DNA of 64,000 bases from Solirubrobacterales bacterium (GTDB lineage Bacteria > Actinomycetota > Thermoleophilia > Solirubrobacterales > JBBDJG01), in assembly GCA_040880005.1 (NCBI GenBank), contig JBBDJG010000015.1:61588-125587 (forward strand), read 5' to 3'. Position numbers and translations under genes: made by a program. The notes under the pieces were generated by a model. The model did no database searches and had not been told where the DNA came from. It saw nothing but the letters and a program-made list of their open reading frames with translations. Within the stretch, counting starts at the first letter, position 1. Each line of letters starts with the position of its first letter. Shown here one piece after another: positions 35,341-45,217 of the stretch.

Positions 35341-36756
35341 GTGCAGACCAATGTAGAGAGGGTCCACGAGGCCGACGTGATCGTCGTCGGGGCCGGCATG
35401 GCCGGCCTCGCCGCGGCGCGTGCGGTCGAGCAGATGGGGGGCAGCGCGGTCGTGCTCGAGGCGCGCGATCGCTGCGGCGGCAGGCTCGAATCGATCGAGC
35501 CCGACGACGGCCTGTTCTTCGACGTCGGCGGTCAGTGGATCGGGCCAACCCAGGACCGCGTCGCCGCTTTGGCGCGCGAATTCGGCGCAGAGACGTTCCC
35601 GACCTACGTCAACGGCGAAAACGTGGTCGAGTTCGAGAACCGCCTCGTGCGCTACCGGGGCACGATTCCGAAGTTGGGCCCGCACGTGCTGGCGGACGTC
35701 GGCCAGGCGATGCTCAAGCTCGACCGGATGCGCAAACAGGTCCCTCGCGAGGCTCCATGGCGCGCGCGCAAGGCACAGCGATGGGACAGCGAGACCGTCT
35801 CCACTTGGATGCGCCGCAACATGGTGACTCGCGGCGGGCGCAGGATGATGGAGATCGCAGTCGAGGCGGTCTGGGCCGCGATGCCCGCAGACGTATCGTT
35901 GCTGCACCTGCTCTTCTACGTATCCTCGGCCGGGGACTTCGATTTGCTGCTGGACACCGAGGGAGGTGCGCAGCAGGATCGCTTCGTGCAGGGCGCCGGA
36001 ACCCTGGCCGCCCGTGTCGGCGAGTCGCTGGGCGAGCGCGTCGTACTGTCCGCGCCGGTTCGCGCGATCGAACATTCGCAGGGGGGCGTGACCGTGCTCG
36101 CGGACGGCGCCGTTGCCCGCGGTGCTCGCGTGATCGTCGCGCTTCCGCCAACGTTGGCCGGGCGCATCGCCTACGATCCACCGCTGCCCGGATACCGCGA
36201 CCAGCTAACGCAGCGCATGCCGATGGGAACGGTGACGAAGTGCCTCGCTTTCTACGACGAACCGTTCTGGCGCGGCGATGGGCTCAGCGGCGAGGCGGTC
36301 AGCGCACAGGGTCCGCTGACGATGATCTTCGACAACTCGCCCCCCGACGCATCGTGTGGCGTGCTGGTCGGCTTCCTCGAGGGTCACTGGGCACGCGAGC
36401 TGGGGCGTGTCTCGGCCGAGGAGCGGCGCAATCAGGTCATCGGCAACCTCGCACGGGTGTTCGGACCGCGGGCCGCCAAGCCCGAGCGCTACATCGACAA
36501 GTCGTGGGCCGATGAGCCCTACAGCCGCGGTTGTTATGTCGGCTACACGTCTCCCGGCGTGCTGACCGCGTACGGGCCGGCGCTGCGCGAGCCGATCGGA
36601 GCGATCCACTGGGCCGGCACCGAGACCGCGACGGTCTGGAACGGCTACATGGATGGCGCGATCGAGTCCGGCGAGCGCGCTGCGCGCGAGGCGATGCGGT
36701 CGCTCGGCGCGGGAGAGCCCGTCGCTGCGGCCGCGGCGATCACGCAGCCCGCGTAG
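35341..36756 (+). CDS. flavin-containing amine oxidase (MAO/putrescine oxidase-like)
   Basis: 471 aa, GTG start. FAD motif DVIVVGAGMAGLAAA...VLEARDRCGGR. C-terminal IHWAGTETATVWNGYMDGAIESG. Confidence 0.85.
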   Translation: MQTNVERVHEADVIVVGAGMAGLAAARAVEQMGGSAVVLEARDRCGGRLESIEPDDGLFFDVGGQWIGPTQDRVAALAREFGAETFPTYVNGENVVEFENRLVRYRGTIPKLGPHVLADVGQAMLKLDRMRKQVPREAPWRARKAQRWDSETVSTWMRRNMVTRGGRRMMEIAVEAVWAAMPADVSLLHLLFYVSSAGDFDLLLDTEGGAQQDRFVQGAGTLAARVGESLGERVVLSAPVRAIEHSQGGVTVLADGAVARGARVIVALPPTLAGRIAYDPPLPGYRDQLTQRMPMGTVTKCLAFYDEPFWRGDGLSGEAVSAQGPLTMIFDNSPPDASCGVLVGFLEGHWARELGRVSAEERRNQVIGNLARVFGPRAAKPERYIDKSWADEPYSRGCYVGYTSPGVLTAYGPALREPIGAIHWAGTETATVWNGYMDGAIESGERAAREAMRSLGAGEPVAAAAAITQPA

Positions 36757-36762
36757 CTTTCG

Positions 36763-37596
36763 TCAGGCGGAGCGCCGCTCTGTGTTGTGCCGCGCCTGCT
36801 TGGGCTTCCAGCAGTCGTCCACGAAGCGCGCGATCTCGGCAGTCAGGCGCTGCGGCTGAAGGCGCAGCTCGAACATCGAGTTGGCCGAGATCAGCTCTGC
36901 GTTGGGCATCTCGTCGACGAGCATCTGAGCGTCCGAGAACGGATGAATGCCGTCGCGGGTGTGACCGATCACTACTGCCGGCTGCTCGAGCGTTTTGCGC
37001 TCCTCGCGCGGCGGCGCGATGCGACCGAAGAACAGCCCTTGAAGCACCGCTGCCGAAGGCGCGGGGTCCTGGCTGATCCAGTCGAGCCCGACGTTCGGGT
37101 AGTGACCGAAAATGCGAGGCACACGTCGCATCACCGCTGCGAACACGCGCGAGATCGGCTCACCTATCGTGAGCGCTCCGAGCAGCGGCGTGAACGCGAA
37201 TGCGGACGCGAGCAGTCCGTTGTCGAGCACCGGCATCTCGATCACCATGCCGCGCACTCTCGAAGGTGCCAGCGAGGCAACCTCCAGCGTCACGTTGGCT
37301 CCCAGCGACGTTCCGCCAATCACGGCCTCGTCGATCTCGAGATGGTCGAGCAACCCGACGACTTGGCGGCCGAAAATCGGCATCGAGTAGCGCGACATGT
37401 CGCGCGGGCGATCGGAGTCGCCGTGTCCAAGCAGGTCGAACGTCACGACCCTGCTGCCGCTCTCGTCGAGCGCGTTCGCAAGCGGCTCGTGCATGCGGCT
37501 GGGCAGCAACAGCCCGGGCAGCAGCACGACGGTGCGATTGCCGGATCCGCGCAGCTCGTAGGCGAGCTTCTGGCCAGCGTGCTCGAAAGTCGGCAT
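36763..37596 (-). CDS. alpha/beta-fold hydrolase
   Basis: 277 aa. VVLLPGLL...GHGDSD and nucleophile elbow GGTSLGA. Convergent with the amine oxidase gene (6-nt gap). Confidence 0.8.
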   Translation of the reverse strand: MPTFEHAGQKLAYELRGSGNRTVVLLPGLLLPSRMHEPLANALDESGSRVVTFDLLGHGDSDRPRDMSRYSMPIFGRQVVGLLDHLEIDEAVIGGTSLGANVTLEVASLAPSRVRGMVIEMPVLDNGLLASAFAFTPLLGALTIGEPISRVFAAVMRRVPRIFGHYPNVGLDWISQDPAPSAAVLQGLFFGRIAPPREERKTLEQPAVVIGHTRDGIHPFSDAQMLVDEMPNAELISANSMFELRLQPQRLTAEIARFVDDCWKPKQARHNTERRSA

Positions 37597-37613
37597 CGAA
37601 GGGCATTCTAGTG

Positions 37614-37640
37614 GTCAACCTGGCGTCGCGTTAAGCGTTT
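37614..37640 (+). promoter_or_regulatory. candidate ECF-type promoter (AAC-N16-CGTT) upstream of the sigma gene
   Basis: GGTCAAC (AAC at 37617-37619), 16-nt spacer, CGTT at 37636-37639. About 60 nt upstream of ATG 37698. Pattern match only. Confidence 0.3.
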
Positions 37641-37697
37641 ATTGAGTGACATGTCCAGTCATCTCATGGACCCCGCCCGAGAGTCGATAATTCAGCT

Positions 37698-39188
37698 ATG
37701 GAGGCTGCACGCAGCCACATCGGCGCTGCCGGCGTATCCGAGCCGGCGGCCGCAACCGGCGACCCTCCGGGTCGCTTCGCCGGGCTGGCCTCGGACGAGC
37801 GGCTCATCGCCCGCGTCCGTCGCGGCGACGAGGCCGCGTTCACCGTCATCTACAAGCGCTACCAGCCACGGTTGCTGTCCTTCTGCCGCCACATGCTCAG
37901 CTCCCAGGCCGAGGCGGAGGACGCCGTCCAGCAGACCTTCGTCAACGCCTATCGCGATATCTCCGGCAGCGACAAGCAGCTCCAGCTTCGCCCCTGGCTC
38001 TATCGCATCGCGCGCAACCAGTGCCTCACGATGCTGCGCGCACGCAAGCAGACTGTCGAGCTGTCCGGTCAGGAGCCGTCGCTTGCAGGACTGTCGCAGC
38101 AGGTGCAAGAGCGTGGCGACTTGCGCAGCATGCTCGCCGACCTGGCCGCACTCCCGTACGAGCAACGCGAAGCGTTGGTGCTGGTCGAGCTGCACGACAA
38201 CTCGCATTCGGAGGTAGCAGACGTGCTCGGGTGCGATCGCGAAAAGGTGAAGTCGCTCGTCTTTCAGGCGCGCAGCTCGCTGATGAAGAGCCGCCAGTCA
38301 CGCGACGTTTCGTGCACGGAGATCCAGCAGCAGCTCAGCGTGCTTCGCGGCGGGGCGCTGCGGCGAACGGTGATCCGGCGCCACCTCGAGCACTGCGAGG
38401 GATGCCGCGCATTCCGCTCAGAGGTGAAGCGCCAGCGAGCCGCTATGGCGGCGGTGCTTCCGGTCGTGCCGGCCGTGACGCTCAAGTTCGGAGCCGCCAG
38501 CGCGCTGGCGGCGGGCAAGGCGGCCGTGGCAAGTGCGGGCGCAGGTGCGGCTGCAGGAGGCTCATCCGGCGCCGCGGCGGTCGCCGGAACCGCGGCAGCC
38601 ACGAGCGCGTCTGCCGGCACGGGCGCCGTGGGCGGCGGATTCGCGTCGTCGGTTGCCGCCAAGCTGGGTATCTCCGCGGCAGCCGTCAAGGGTGCGGCGA
38701 CGGCCGCGGCCGTCACGGTCGCCGCTGGAGGAGGGGTTGCCGGTGTCGAGGTAGCTCAGCATGCGCGCCACGACTCGGCGCGGCAGGGCATCCACCAGCA
38801 GGCGGACCGGACCAAGGAGGCCGGTCGTGATGCGGGCTCGAGCGGGCTTGCCCGTGACGGCTCGCGCAAGCGCAGCGCCACGGCCTCCGACAAGCGTTTG
38901 CGCGACGGCAAGCGGAACGGGGAGCGGCTCCCCAGGTCGGCGCGTGGCGTCGATCGCGACCGGTTCGCCCCGCTTCCCGGCCTGGGGCCCGGCGAGCAGA
39001 CGGGCAAGGGCCGCGCCGGACGGGCCGCCCCCGGCGCGCAAAAGCCGGCAACGCGGTCACCGGAGCGGCGCCCGCCGCCCAAACGGCCTCCGCGCCAAAA
39101 GCCAAAGCAGCCATCGGCTCCGAAGCATGTGTCGCCCACGAAGCCTCCGCCGCCGGGCAACGGCTCGCAGTTGCCATCCCCGAAGTAG
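37698..39188 (+). CDS. ECF sigma-70 family factor fused to a zf-HC2 anti-sigma-like segment, Ala/Gly-rich hydrophobic region and basic Pro-rich tail
   Basis: 496 aa. Region 2 (YKRYQPRLLSFCRHML...DAVQQTFVNAY...PWLYRIARNQCLTMLR). Region 4 (LPYEQREALVLVELHDNSHSEVADVLGCDREKVKSLVFQARSSL). Then SCTEIQQQLSVL...RRHLEHCEGCRAF (HxxxCxxC), then AAVLPVVPAVTLKFGAASALAAG..., then K/R/P-rich tail. Confidence 0.8.
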   Translation: MEAARSHIGAAGVSEPAAATGDPPGRFAGLASDERLIARVRRGDEAAFTVIYKRYQPRLLSFCRHMLSSQAEAEDAVQQTFVNAYRDISGSDKQLQLRPWLYRIARNQCLTMLRARKQTVELSGQEPSLAGLSQQVQERGDLRSMLADLAALPYEQREALVLVELHDNSHSEVADVLGCDREKVKSLVFQARSSLMKSRQSRDVSCTEIQQQLSVLRGGALRRTVIRRHLEHCEGCRAFRSEVKRQRAAMAAVLPVVPAVTLKFGAASALAAGKAAVASAGAGAAAGGSSGAAAVAGTAAATSASAGTGAVGGGFASSVAAKLGISAAAVKGAATAAAVTVAAGGGVAGVEVAQHARHDSARQGIHQQADRTKEAGRDAGSSGLARDGSRKRSATASDKRLRDGKRNGERLPRSARGVDRDRFAPLPGLGPGEQTGKGRAGRAAPGAQKPATRSPERRPPPKRPPRQKPKQPSAPKHVSPTKPPPPGNGSQLPSPK

Positions 39189-39276
39189 GCGGGCTTGGCC
39201 CCACGGTAGCGGGTTTCTGTAGAGTCCAGCGCGCGAATCGCGGCTCTTGCGGGCCGCTTGCTCTCACACGCTCAAT

Positions 39277-40446
39277 GTGAAGGTCTGCGTTCCGAAAGAG
39301 AACACGCCCGGCGAGCGCCGGACCGCCCTGATTCCTGAAGTGGCGGCGAAGCTGGTCGAGGCCGGCTTCGAGGTGCTGGTCGAATCGGGAGCGGGCGCCG
39401 CCGCCTATCTCCCCGACTCGAGCTATGAGGACGTGGGCGCGAAGATCGGCGGCGACGTGATCGCGACCGGCGACGTGATCGCCAAGGTGCGCGCACCTTC
39501 GCAGGACGAGCTTGCGAAGCTGCGTCAGGGATCCGTTCTGATCGGTTTCCTCTCTCCCCTCAACAGCCCGGAGCTGGTCAAGTCACTGGTGTCAGGCGGC
39601 GTGACCAGCTTCGCAATGGACGCGATGCCGCGCACGACGCGCGCGCAGTCGATGGACGCGTTGTCGTCGCAGGCGCTCTGCGCCGGCTACAGGGCCGGGC
39701 TCGCTGCCGCACGGCTGCTGGGCAAGTTCTTCCCGATGAACATCACTGCGGCTGGCACCGCCAAGCCGGCCCGTGTCGTGGTGCTCGGCGCCGGAGTCGC
39801 CGGCTTGCAGGCGATCGCCACAGCCAAGCGCCTCGGCGCCGTGGTCGAGGCCTACGATCTGCGCCCGGCCGTCAAAGAGGAGGTCGAGAGCCTCGGTGCC
39901 AAGTTCATCCAGATCAACTTCGCCGGCGACGAGGCCGAGGGTGGGGGTTCGGGGCAGTACGCGCGCGAGCTGACTCCCGAGCAGCAGCGCCAGCAGCAGG
40001 AGCTGCTGGCCGAGCGTGTGGCGGCAGCGGACTGCGCGATCTCGACCGCCGCTGTGCCCGGCCGCCCCGCGCCCAAGATCGTCAGCCGCGCGATGGTCGA
40101 GTCGATGAGCGCCGGCTCGGTGGTCGTGGACCTGGCCGCCGAGACAGGTGGCAACTGTGAGCTGACGCAGATGGGCGAGATCATCGAGCACAACGGCGTG
40201 ACGATCGACGGCACCTGCGACCTGCCGAGCCAGATGCCGTTTCACGCCAGCCTGCTGTATTCGAACAACGTTGCGAACCTGCTCAAGCTGCTCGCGCCGG
40301 AGGCTCAGCTCAACTTGGACTTCGAGGACGAGGTCATCGCGGGCGCCTGCATCACCCACGACGGCAAGATCGTCAACGATCGCGTGAAACAGGCGGTCGA
40401 TCCACAAGTGGATCGACCGGTCACCGGCGGGACGGTGAACGCGTGA
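39277..40446 (+). CDS. pntAA: NAD(P) transhydrogenase subunit alpha, part 1
   Basis: Track ORF 39247..40446. GTG 39277 gives the typical N-terminus (V)KVCVPKENTPGERRTALIPE. NAD-binding VVVLGAGVAGLQAI. Confidence 0.88.
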   Translation: MKVCVPKENTPGERRTALIPEVAAKLVEAGFEVLVESGAGAAAYLPDSSYEDVGAKIGGDVIATGDVIAKVRAPSQDELAKLRQGSVLIGFLSPLNSPELVKSLVSGGVTSFAMDAMPRTTRAQSMDALSSQALCAGYRAGLAAARLLGKFFPMNITAAGTAKPARVVVLGAGVAGLQAIATAKRLGAVVEAYDLRPAVKEEVESLGAKFIQINFAGDEAEGGGSGQYARELTPEQQRQQQELLAERVAAADCAISTAAVPGRPAPKIVSRAMVESMSAGSVVVDLAAETGGNCELTQMGEIIEHNGVTIDGTCDLPSQMPFHASLLYSNNVANLLKLLAPEAQLNLDFEDEVIAGACITHDGKIVNDRVKQAVDPQVDRPVTGGTVNA

Positions 40447-40754
40447 GCGGCGACCTGATCACTGAGATAACGATCTTCGTGCTGGCCGTGTTCATCGGCT
40501 TCGAGGTGATCTCGAAGGTGCCGACGATGCTGCACACGCCGCTGATGTCGGGGACCAACGCGATCCACGGCATCGTCCTGCTTGGCGGGCTGCTGGTCGT
40601 TGGCGCGCCCGACGCCGACACGCTGGAGAAGGTCGCCGGAACGATCGCGGTGATCTTCGGCACGATCAACATCGTCGGTGGCTTCCTGGTGACCGAGCGC
40701 ATGCTGGAGATGTTCAAAGGCCGACGCAAACCCGAGGAAAAAGAAAAACCGTGA
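40443..40754 (+). CDS. pntAB: NAD(P) transhydrogenase subunit alpha, part 2 (membrane)
   Basis: 103 aa, three TM helices. TPLMSGTNAIHGIVLLG signature. GTGA overlap with pntAA. Confidence 0.88.
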   Translation: MSGDLITEITIFVLAVFIGFEVISKVPTMLHTPLMSGTNAIHGIVLLGGLLVVGAPDADTLEKVAGTIAVIFGTINIVGGFLVTERMLEMFKGRRKPEEKEKP

Positions 40755-40797
40755 TTCCGCGAGCGGAATCACGGGCGGGTGGCGGAATGGTGAGCGC

Positions 40798-42210
40798 TTG
40801 ACCTTGGGTTCGTTCTCGCTGCGCGACCCCGACTTCATCAGGGTTTGTTACCTGGTGGCGTCGATCCTGTTCATCCTCGGCATTCGCCAGCTCAGCCACC
40901 CGCGCACCGCTCGTACCGGCAACCTGACGGCAGCGCTCGGCATGGCGATCGCGGTGGCCGCAACGCTGCTCGATAGCGAAATCGACAACTACCTGTGGAT
41001 CGTGATCGGGATCGCGATCGGCACGGCGATCGGAGTCGTCTCCGCGCGCGCGGTGAAGATGACCGCGATGCCGCAGATGGTGGCGCTGTTCAACGGGGTC
41101 GGCGGCGGCGCCGTCGCGCTGGTCGCGCTGTCCGAGTATCACGAGGGCATCAAGGCGCTCTCCGACATCCCGATGGACATCCTGGTGCCGGTCGTGGTGA
41201 GCTGCGTGATCGGTGCGATCAGCTTTTCCGGCTCGTTGATCGCCTTCGGGAAGCTCCAGGAGCTGATCACCGGGCGGCCGATCGTCTTCCCCGGCCAACA
41301 GGTGGTCAACTCCGCGCTTGCGGCGGGAATCCTGTTCCTGGTCGTCTATCTGATGGCGGGGCCGGAGTCGCAACCGCTGTTCGAGTTGATGCTGGCCGGT
41401 GCGCTGGTGTTCGGGGTCCTGCTGATCATTCCGATCGGCGGCGCCGACATGCCGGTCGTGATCTCTATGCTGAACGCGTTCACCGGTCTGTCCGCGGCCG
41501 CCGCCGGCTTCGCGCTCGACAACACCGCGCTGATCATCGCCGGCTCGTTGGTCGGCTCGTCGGGAACTCTGCTGACGGTCCTGATGGGACGGGCGATGAA
41601 CCGCTCGCTCGCCAACGTGCTGTTTGGTGCCTTCGGTTCGCACGTCGCCGGCCCGGCGGCTGCGAGCGCGGAGGGCAAGACCTACCGTCAGGCGACCGTG
41701 ACCGACGTCGCGACGATGCTCGCCTACGCCGACAAGGTGATCGTGGTGCCAGGGTATGGGCTCGCTGTAGCGCAGGCCCAGCACGCCGTGCGCGAGCTGG
41801 CCGACATCCTCGAGACCAAGGGCGTTGACGTGAGCTACGCGATCCACCCGGTGGCCGGTCGCATGCCGGGTCACATGAACGTGCTGCTGGCCGAGGCCGA
41901 CGTCCCCTACCCGCAGCTCAAGGAGATGGACGAGATCAACCCCGAGTTCTCGCAGACCGACGTCGCGCTGGTGATCGGCGCGAACGACGTCACCAACCCG
42001 GCCGCACGCGAGGACAAGGCGAGCCCGATCTACGGCATGCCGATCCTCGAGGTCGACAAGGCCCAGAACGTCGTCGTGCTCAAGCGTTCGATGAACCCGG
42101 GCTTCGCCGGGATCGACAATCACCTCTACTACGAGCCGCAGACCGTGATGCTGTTCGGGGACGCCAAGGACTCGGTCACCAAGCTCGTGCAGGAGACGAA
42201 GACCGCCTGA
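40798..42210 (+). CDS. pntB: NAD(P) transhydrogenase subunit beta
   Basis: 470 aa, TTG start. Membrane domain plus C-terminal NADP(H) domain VIVVPGYGLAVAQAQH...HPVAGRMPGHMNVLLAEA...ANDVTNPAA. Confidence 0.9.
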   Translation: MTLGSFSLRDPDFIRVCYLVASILFILGIRQLSHPRTARTGNLTAALGMAIAVAATLLDSEIDNYLWIVIGIAIGTAIGVVSARAVKMTAMPQMVALFNGVGGGAVALVALSEYHEGIKALSDIPMDILVPVVVSCVIGAISFSGSLIAFGKLQELITGRPIVFPGQQVVNSALAAGILFLVVYLMAGPESQPLFELMLAGALVFGVLLIIPIGGADMPVVISMLNAFTGLSAAAAGFALDNTALIIAGSLVGSSGTLLTVLMGRAMNRSLANVLFGAFGSHVAGPAAASAEGKTYRQATVTDVATMLAYADKVIVVPGYGLAVAQAQHAVRELADILETKGVDVSYAIHPVAGRMPGHMNVLLAEADVPYPQLKEMDEINPEFSQTDVALVIGANDVTNPAAREDKASPIYGMPILEVDKAQNVVVLKRSMNPGFAGIDNHLYYEPQTVMLFGDAKDSVTKLVQETKTA

Positions 42211-42261
42211 TACAAGATCTCAACCTGAGGCCAACTTCGTCGTTTCAGTGATCAGACAGGG

Positions 42262-43548
42262 ATGTCGATGACACGGTCCATGAAGAGCCTTGTGGGGCTG
42301 GGTGCGCTAGTAATCGCCGCTACGGCGGCTCCGGCGGCCCACGCCGACCCGGTCGGCCCAATCGGCCCGCCCCCGCCCGCGCCCAACCAGCTGATCGTCG
42401 GCTTCAAGAAGGGGACATCCACGGAAACCCAAAAACGCGTGATCGAGGACGCTTCGGGAGACCGCGTCCAGCGACTCGGCAACATTCGCGGCCAGGTCGT
42501 CAAGCCGCGCGGCCGCCTCGGGCTCACGAACCTGCGCAAGCGCCTGCTGCGCGACGTCGACGTCGAGTTCGTCGAGCGTGACCAGACCGTCAGCCTGCTC
42601 AAGACCCCCAACGACCCGCTGTTCGTGTCGCAGTACTCGGAGAACGGCAAGATCGGCACGCAAACCACCGACGCGTGGAACACGAAGACGAGCTGCTCAA
42701 AGGTCGCCGTGCTCGACACGGGCATCGACACCGATCACCCGGACCTCAAGGACAACATCTGGAAGAACAGCAAGGAGACCTCCGGCAACGGCAAGGACGA
42801 CGACAAGAACGGATACGTCGATGACTACTACGGCATCAACCTCGTCAAGGGCAAGGGCAGCGGCACCGACGACAACGGACACGGGACTCACGTGGCGGGG
42901 ATCGTCGGCGGTCGCGGCAACAACTCGATGGGAGTGTCCGGCGTGTGCTGGTCCACCAAGTTGATGGCGGTCAAGTTCATGAACTCCCAGGGGTACGGCT
43001 CGATGTCGAAGGCGATCGCGGGCATCGAGTACGCGGCTGACAAGGGCGCCAAGATCATCAACGCGTCGTTCGGCAGCTCCACGTCGTCCGAGGCGCTCAA
43101 GGATCAGATCTCCGAGGCCAAGGACGACGGCGTGCTGATCGTGGTTGCCGCCGGAAACGACGGCAAGGACATCGATTCGAGCCCGACCTACCCGGCGAGC
43201 TACACCAACGGCAACCTGCTGGTCGCGGCCGCTTCGACCTCCACCGACACGCTGGCCAGCTTCTCCAACTACGGCAAGACGAGCGTCGACCTCGCCGCGC
43301 CCGGGCAGGACATCATGTCCACGTACCTGAGCGGCAGCTACCGCACCCTTGACGGGACCTCGATGGCGGCACCGATGGTCGCCGGCGTCGCGGCGCTTTG
43401 CCGGGCCCGCAACTCCGACGCGACCTACTCCGAGCTGCGCAAGTCGGTCCGCAAGACCGTCGATACCAAGTCGGCCTTCTCGGGCACGACCTACAGCGGT
43501 GGCCGGGTCAACACCAAGCGGGCGCTGGATAAGGTGGTCGATTACTGA
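42262..43548 (+). CDS. secreted subtilisin-like (S8) serine protease with I9-type propeptide
   Basis: 428 aa. Signal peptide. Catalytic triad motifs VAVLDTGID, GHGTHVAGIV, GTSMAAPMVAG. Confidence 0.88.
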   Translation: MSMTRSMKSLVGLGALVIAATAAPAAHADPVGPIGPPPPAPNQLIVGFKKGTSTETQKRVIEDASGDRVQRLGNIRGQVVKPRGRLGLTNLRKRLLRDVDVEFVERDQTVSLLKTPNDPLFVSQYSENGKIGTQTTDAWNTKTSCSKVAVLDTGIDTDHPDLKDNIWKNSKETSGNGKDDDKNGYVDDYYGINLVKGKGSGTDDNGHGTHVAGIVGGRGNNSMGVSGVCWSTKLMAVKFMNSQGYGSMSKAIAGIEYAADKGAKIINASFGSSTSSEALKDQISEAKDDGVLIVVAAGNDGKDIDSSPTYPASYTNGNLLVAAASTSTDTLASFSNYGKTSVDLAAPGQDIMSTYLSGSYRTLDGTSMAAPMVAGVAALCRARNSDATYSELRKSVRKTVDTKSAFSGTTYSGGRVNTKRALDKVVDY

Positions 43549-43599
43549 GGCTGTAACGTGTAGTCGGCAATTCCCCCTCCGAAAGGCAGGCTCAGCCAG

Positions 43600-44208
43600 A
43601 TGGTCGTCTTGATCGTCGTAATCGTCCTAGTCGCGCTGATCGTCCTCTACGGCGTCGTCACCTTCAACCGCCTGATCAGCCTGCGCAACCGGGCTGAGGA
43701 GGGCTTCTCCGACATCGACGTGCAGCTCAAGCGCAGGCACGACCTGATCCCCAACCTCGTCGAGACGGTCAAGGGATACGCGGCGCACGAGCGGACGGTG
43801 TTCGAGAATGTCACCGCAGCCCGTAGCAACGCCGTCGCGGCCCACGGCCCCGAGGCTCAGGGGCAGGCCGAGAACGTCCTAACCGGAGCGCTGCGCCAGC
43901 TTTTCGCCGTGGCCGAGAACTACCCCGATCTGAAGGCGAGCCAGAACTTCCTCGAGCTACAGAACGAGCTGACCGACACCGAGGACAAGATCCAGGCCGC
44001 GCGCCGGTTCTACAACATGACCGTGCGCGACCTCAACATCAAGATCCAGCAGTTCCCGTCGAGCGTCATCGCGGGAATGAAGAAGATCACCGAGCGCGAG
44101 TTCTTCGAGGTCGAGGATCCGACCGATCGCGAAGTCCCGGCTGTTTCGTTCGCCGGTGGCGGAGGGGCTGCCGCCCCACCCGGTGGAGCGGCGCCTCCCG
44201 CCGGATAG
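43600..44208 (+). CDS. lemA: LemA-family protein
   Basis: 202 aa. N-terminal TM helix, then YNRL-type region FNRLISLRNRAEEGFSDIDVQLKRRHDLIPNLV...ARRFYN. Confidence 0.88.
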   Translation: MVVLIVVIVLVALIVLYGVVTFNRLISLRNRAEEGFSDIDVQLKRRHDLIPNLVETVKGYAAHERTVFENVTAARSNAVAAHGPEAQGQAENVLTGALRQLFAVAENYPDLKASQNFLELQNELTDTEDKIQAARRFYNMTVRDLNIKIQQFPSSVIAGMKKITEREFFEVEDPTDREVPAVSFAGGGGAAAPPGGAAPPAG

Positions 44209-44220
44209 CGCGCGGCGCGC

Positions 44221-45180
44221 ATGTACAAGCAGATCACGTCGAACAAGCGCAAGTCGATCGCGCTGATGTTCGGCTTCATCTTCTTCTACGCCGGCCTTGG
44301 ATTTGTCGCGTCGCTGTGGGTCGGCAACGCGGCGATCTTCATCGCGATCGGCGTCGCGGTGATGATGGTGATCTTCAACCTCTACATGGGCGACGACCTC
44401 GTCGTGCTGGTCAGTGGCGCACGTCAGCTCACGCGCAAGGAAGAGGCCCCCGAGCTGTGGCGGATGGTGGAGAACCTCGCGATCACGTCCGGCCTGCCAA
44501 TGCCGCGGCTGTACGTGATTCAGGACGCCTCGCCGAACGCGTTCGCCGCCGGCCGCAACCCGAAGCAGGCGATCGTGTGCTGCACGACCGGCCTGCTCGA
44601 GCGTCTCGACGAGGAGGAGCTGGAGGGAGTGCTGGCGCACGAGATGAGCCACGTGCGCAACTACGACGTGCGGCTGATGACCTGGGCGGCGGTGCTGGCC
44701 GGATCGATCGCGCTGCTGGCCGACATCCTGTTGCGCATGTTGTTCTTCAGCGACAATCGCGGCAGCAACCCGCTGGTGCTGGTGGCGGTGATCGTGTCGG
44801 CGATCCTGGCGCCGATCGCGGCGATCCTGATCCAGATGGCGATCAGCCGCAAGCGCGAGTTCGTCGCCGACGCATCGGGTGCCGAGCTGACTCGCTATCC
44901 CCAGGGCCTTGCATCTGCTCTCGAAACGATCGCGGCCGACCAGGAGCCCTCGCCGAAGCTGGCCAACAACGCGATCGCGCATCTGATGATCTCGCCCGCG
45001 CTCAAGCGCAAAGGCAACGTGTCGAAGATGTTTTCCACGCACCCGCCGACGGAGGAGCGCGTCGCGCGCCTGATGGAGATGGCCGGTGGCGTTCCGCACC
45101 AACACGAGAGTCAGACCGAAGGCCGGGCCTACGCAGGTTTGAACCTCGCCGAACCGGCCGACACGGCCCCGATCGCCTAG
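44221..45180 (+). CDS. htpX: M48-family zinc metalloprotease HtpX homologue
   Basis: 319 aa. TM helices. HEMSHVRNYD (HExxH). Sits directly downstream of lemA, a frequently conserved pairing. Confidence 0.88.
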   Translation: MYKQITSNKRKSIALMFGFIFFYAGLGFVASLWVGNAAIFIAIGVAVMMVIFNLYMGDDLVVLVSGARQLTRKEEAPELWRMVENLAITSGLPMPRLYVIQDASPNAFAAGRNPKQAIVCCTTGLLERLDEEELEGVLAHEMSHVRNYDVRLMTWAAVLAGSIALLADILLRMLFFSDNRGSNPLVLVAVIVSAILAPIAAILIQMAISRKREFVADASGAELTRYPQGLASALETIAADQEPSPKLANNAIAHLMISPALKRKGNVSKMFSTHPPTEERVARLMEMAGGVPHQHESQTEGRAYAGLNLAEPADTAPIA

Positions 45181-45217
45181 GGCCAATCCGCTCAGGCCCA
45201 GAGGCCGCCCGCGGTTC

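Noticed and set aside
40714-42123. 469-aa minus-strand ORF opposite pntB. Similar cases are 43957..45186 opposite lemA/htpX, 52693..54231 opposite the secreted protein gene and 58010..58945 opposite the island secreted protein.
   Set aside because: These are shadow ORFs. The sense-strand genes have diagnostic motifs or signal peptides and better third-position G/C bias.
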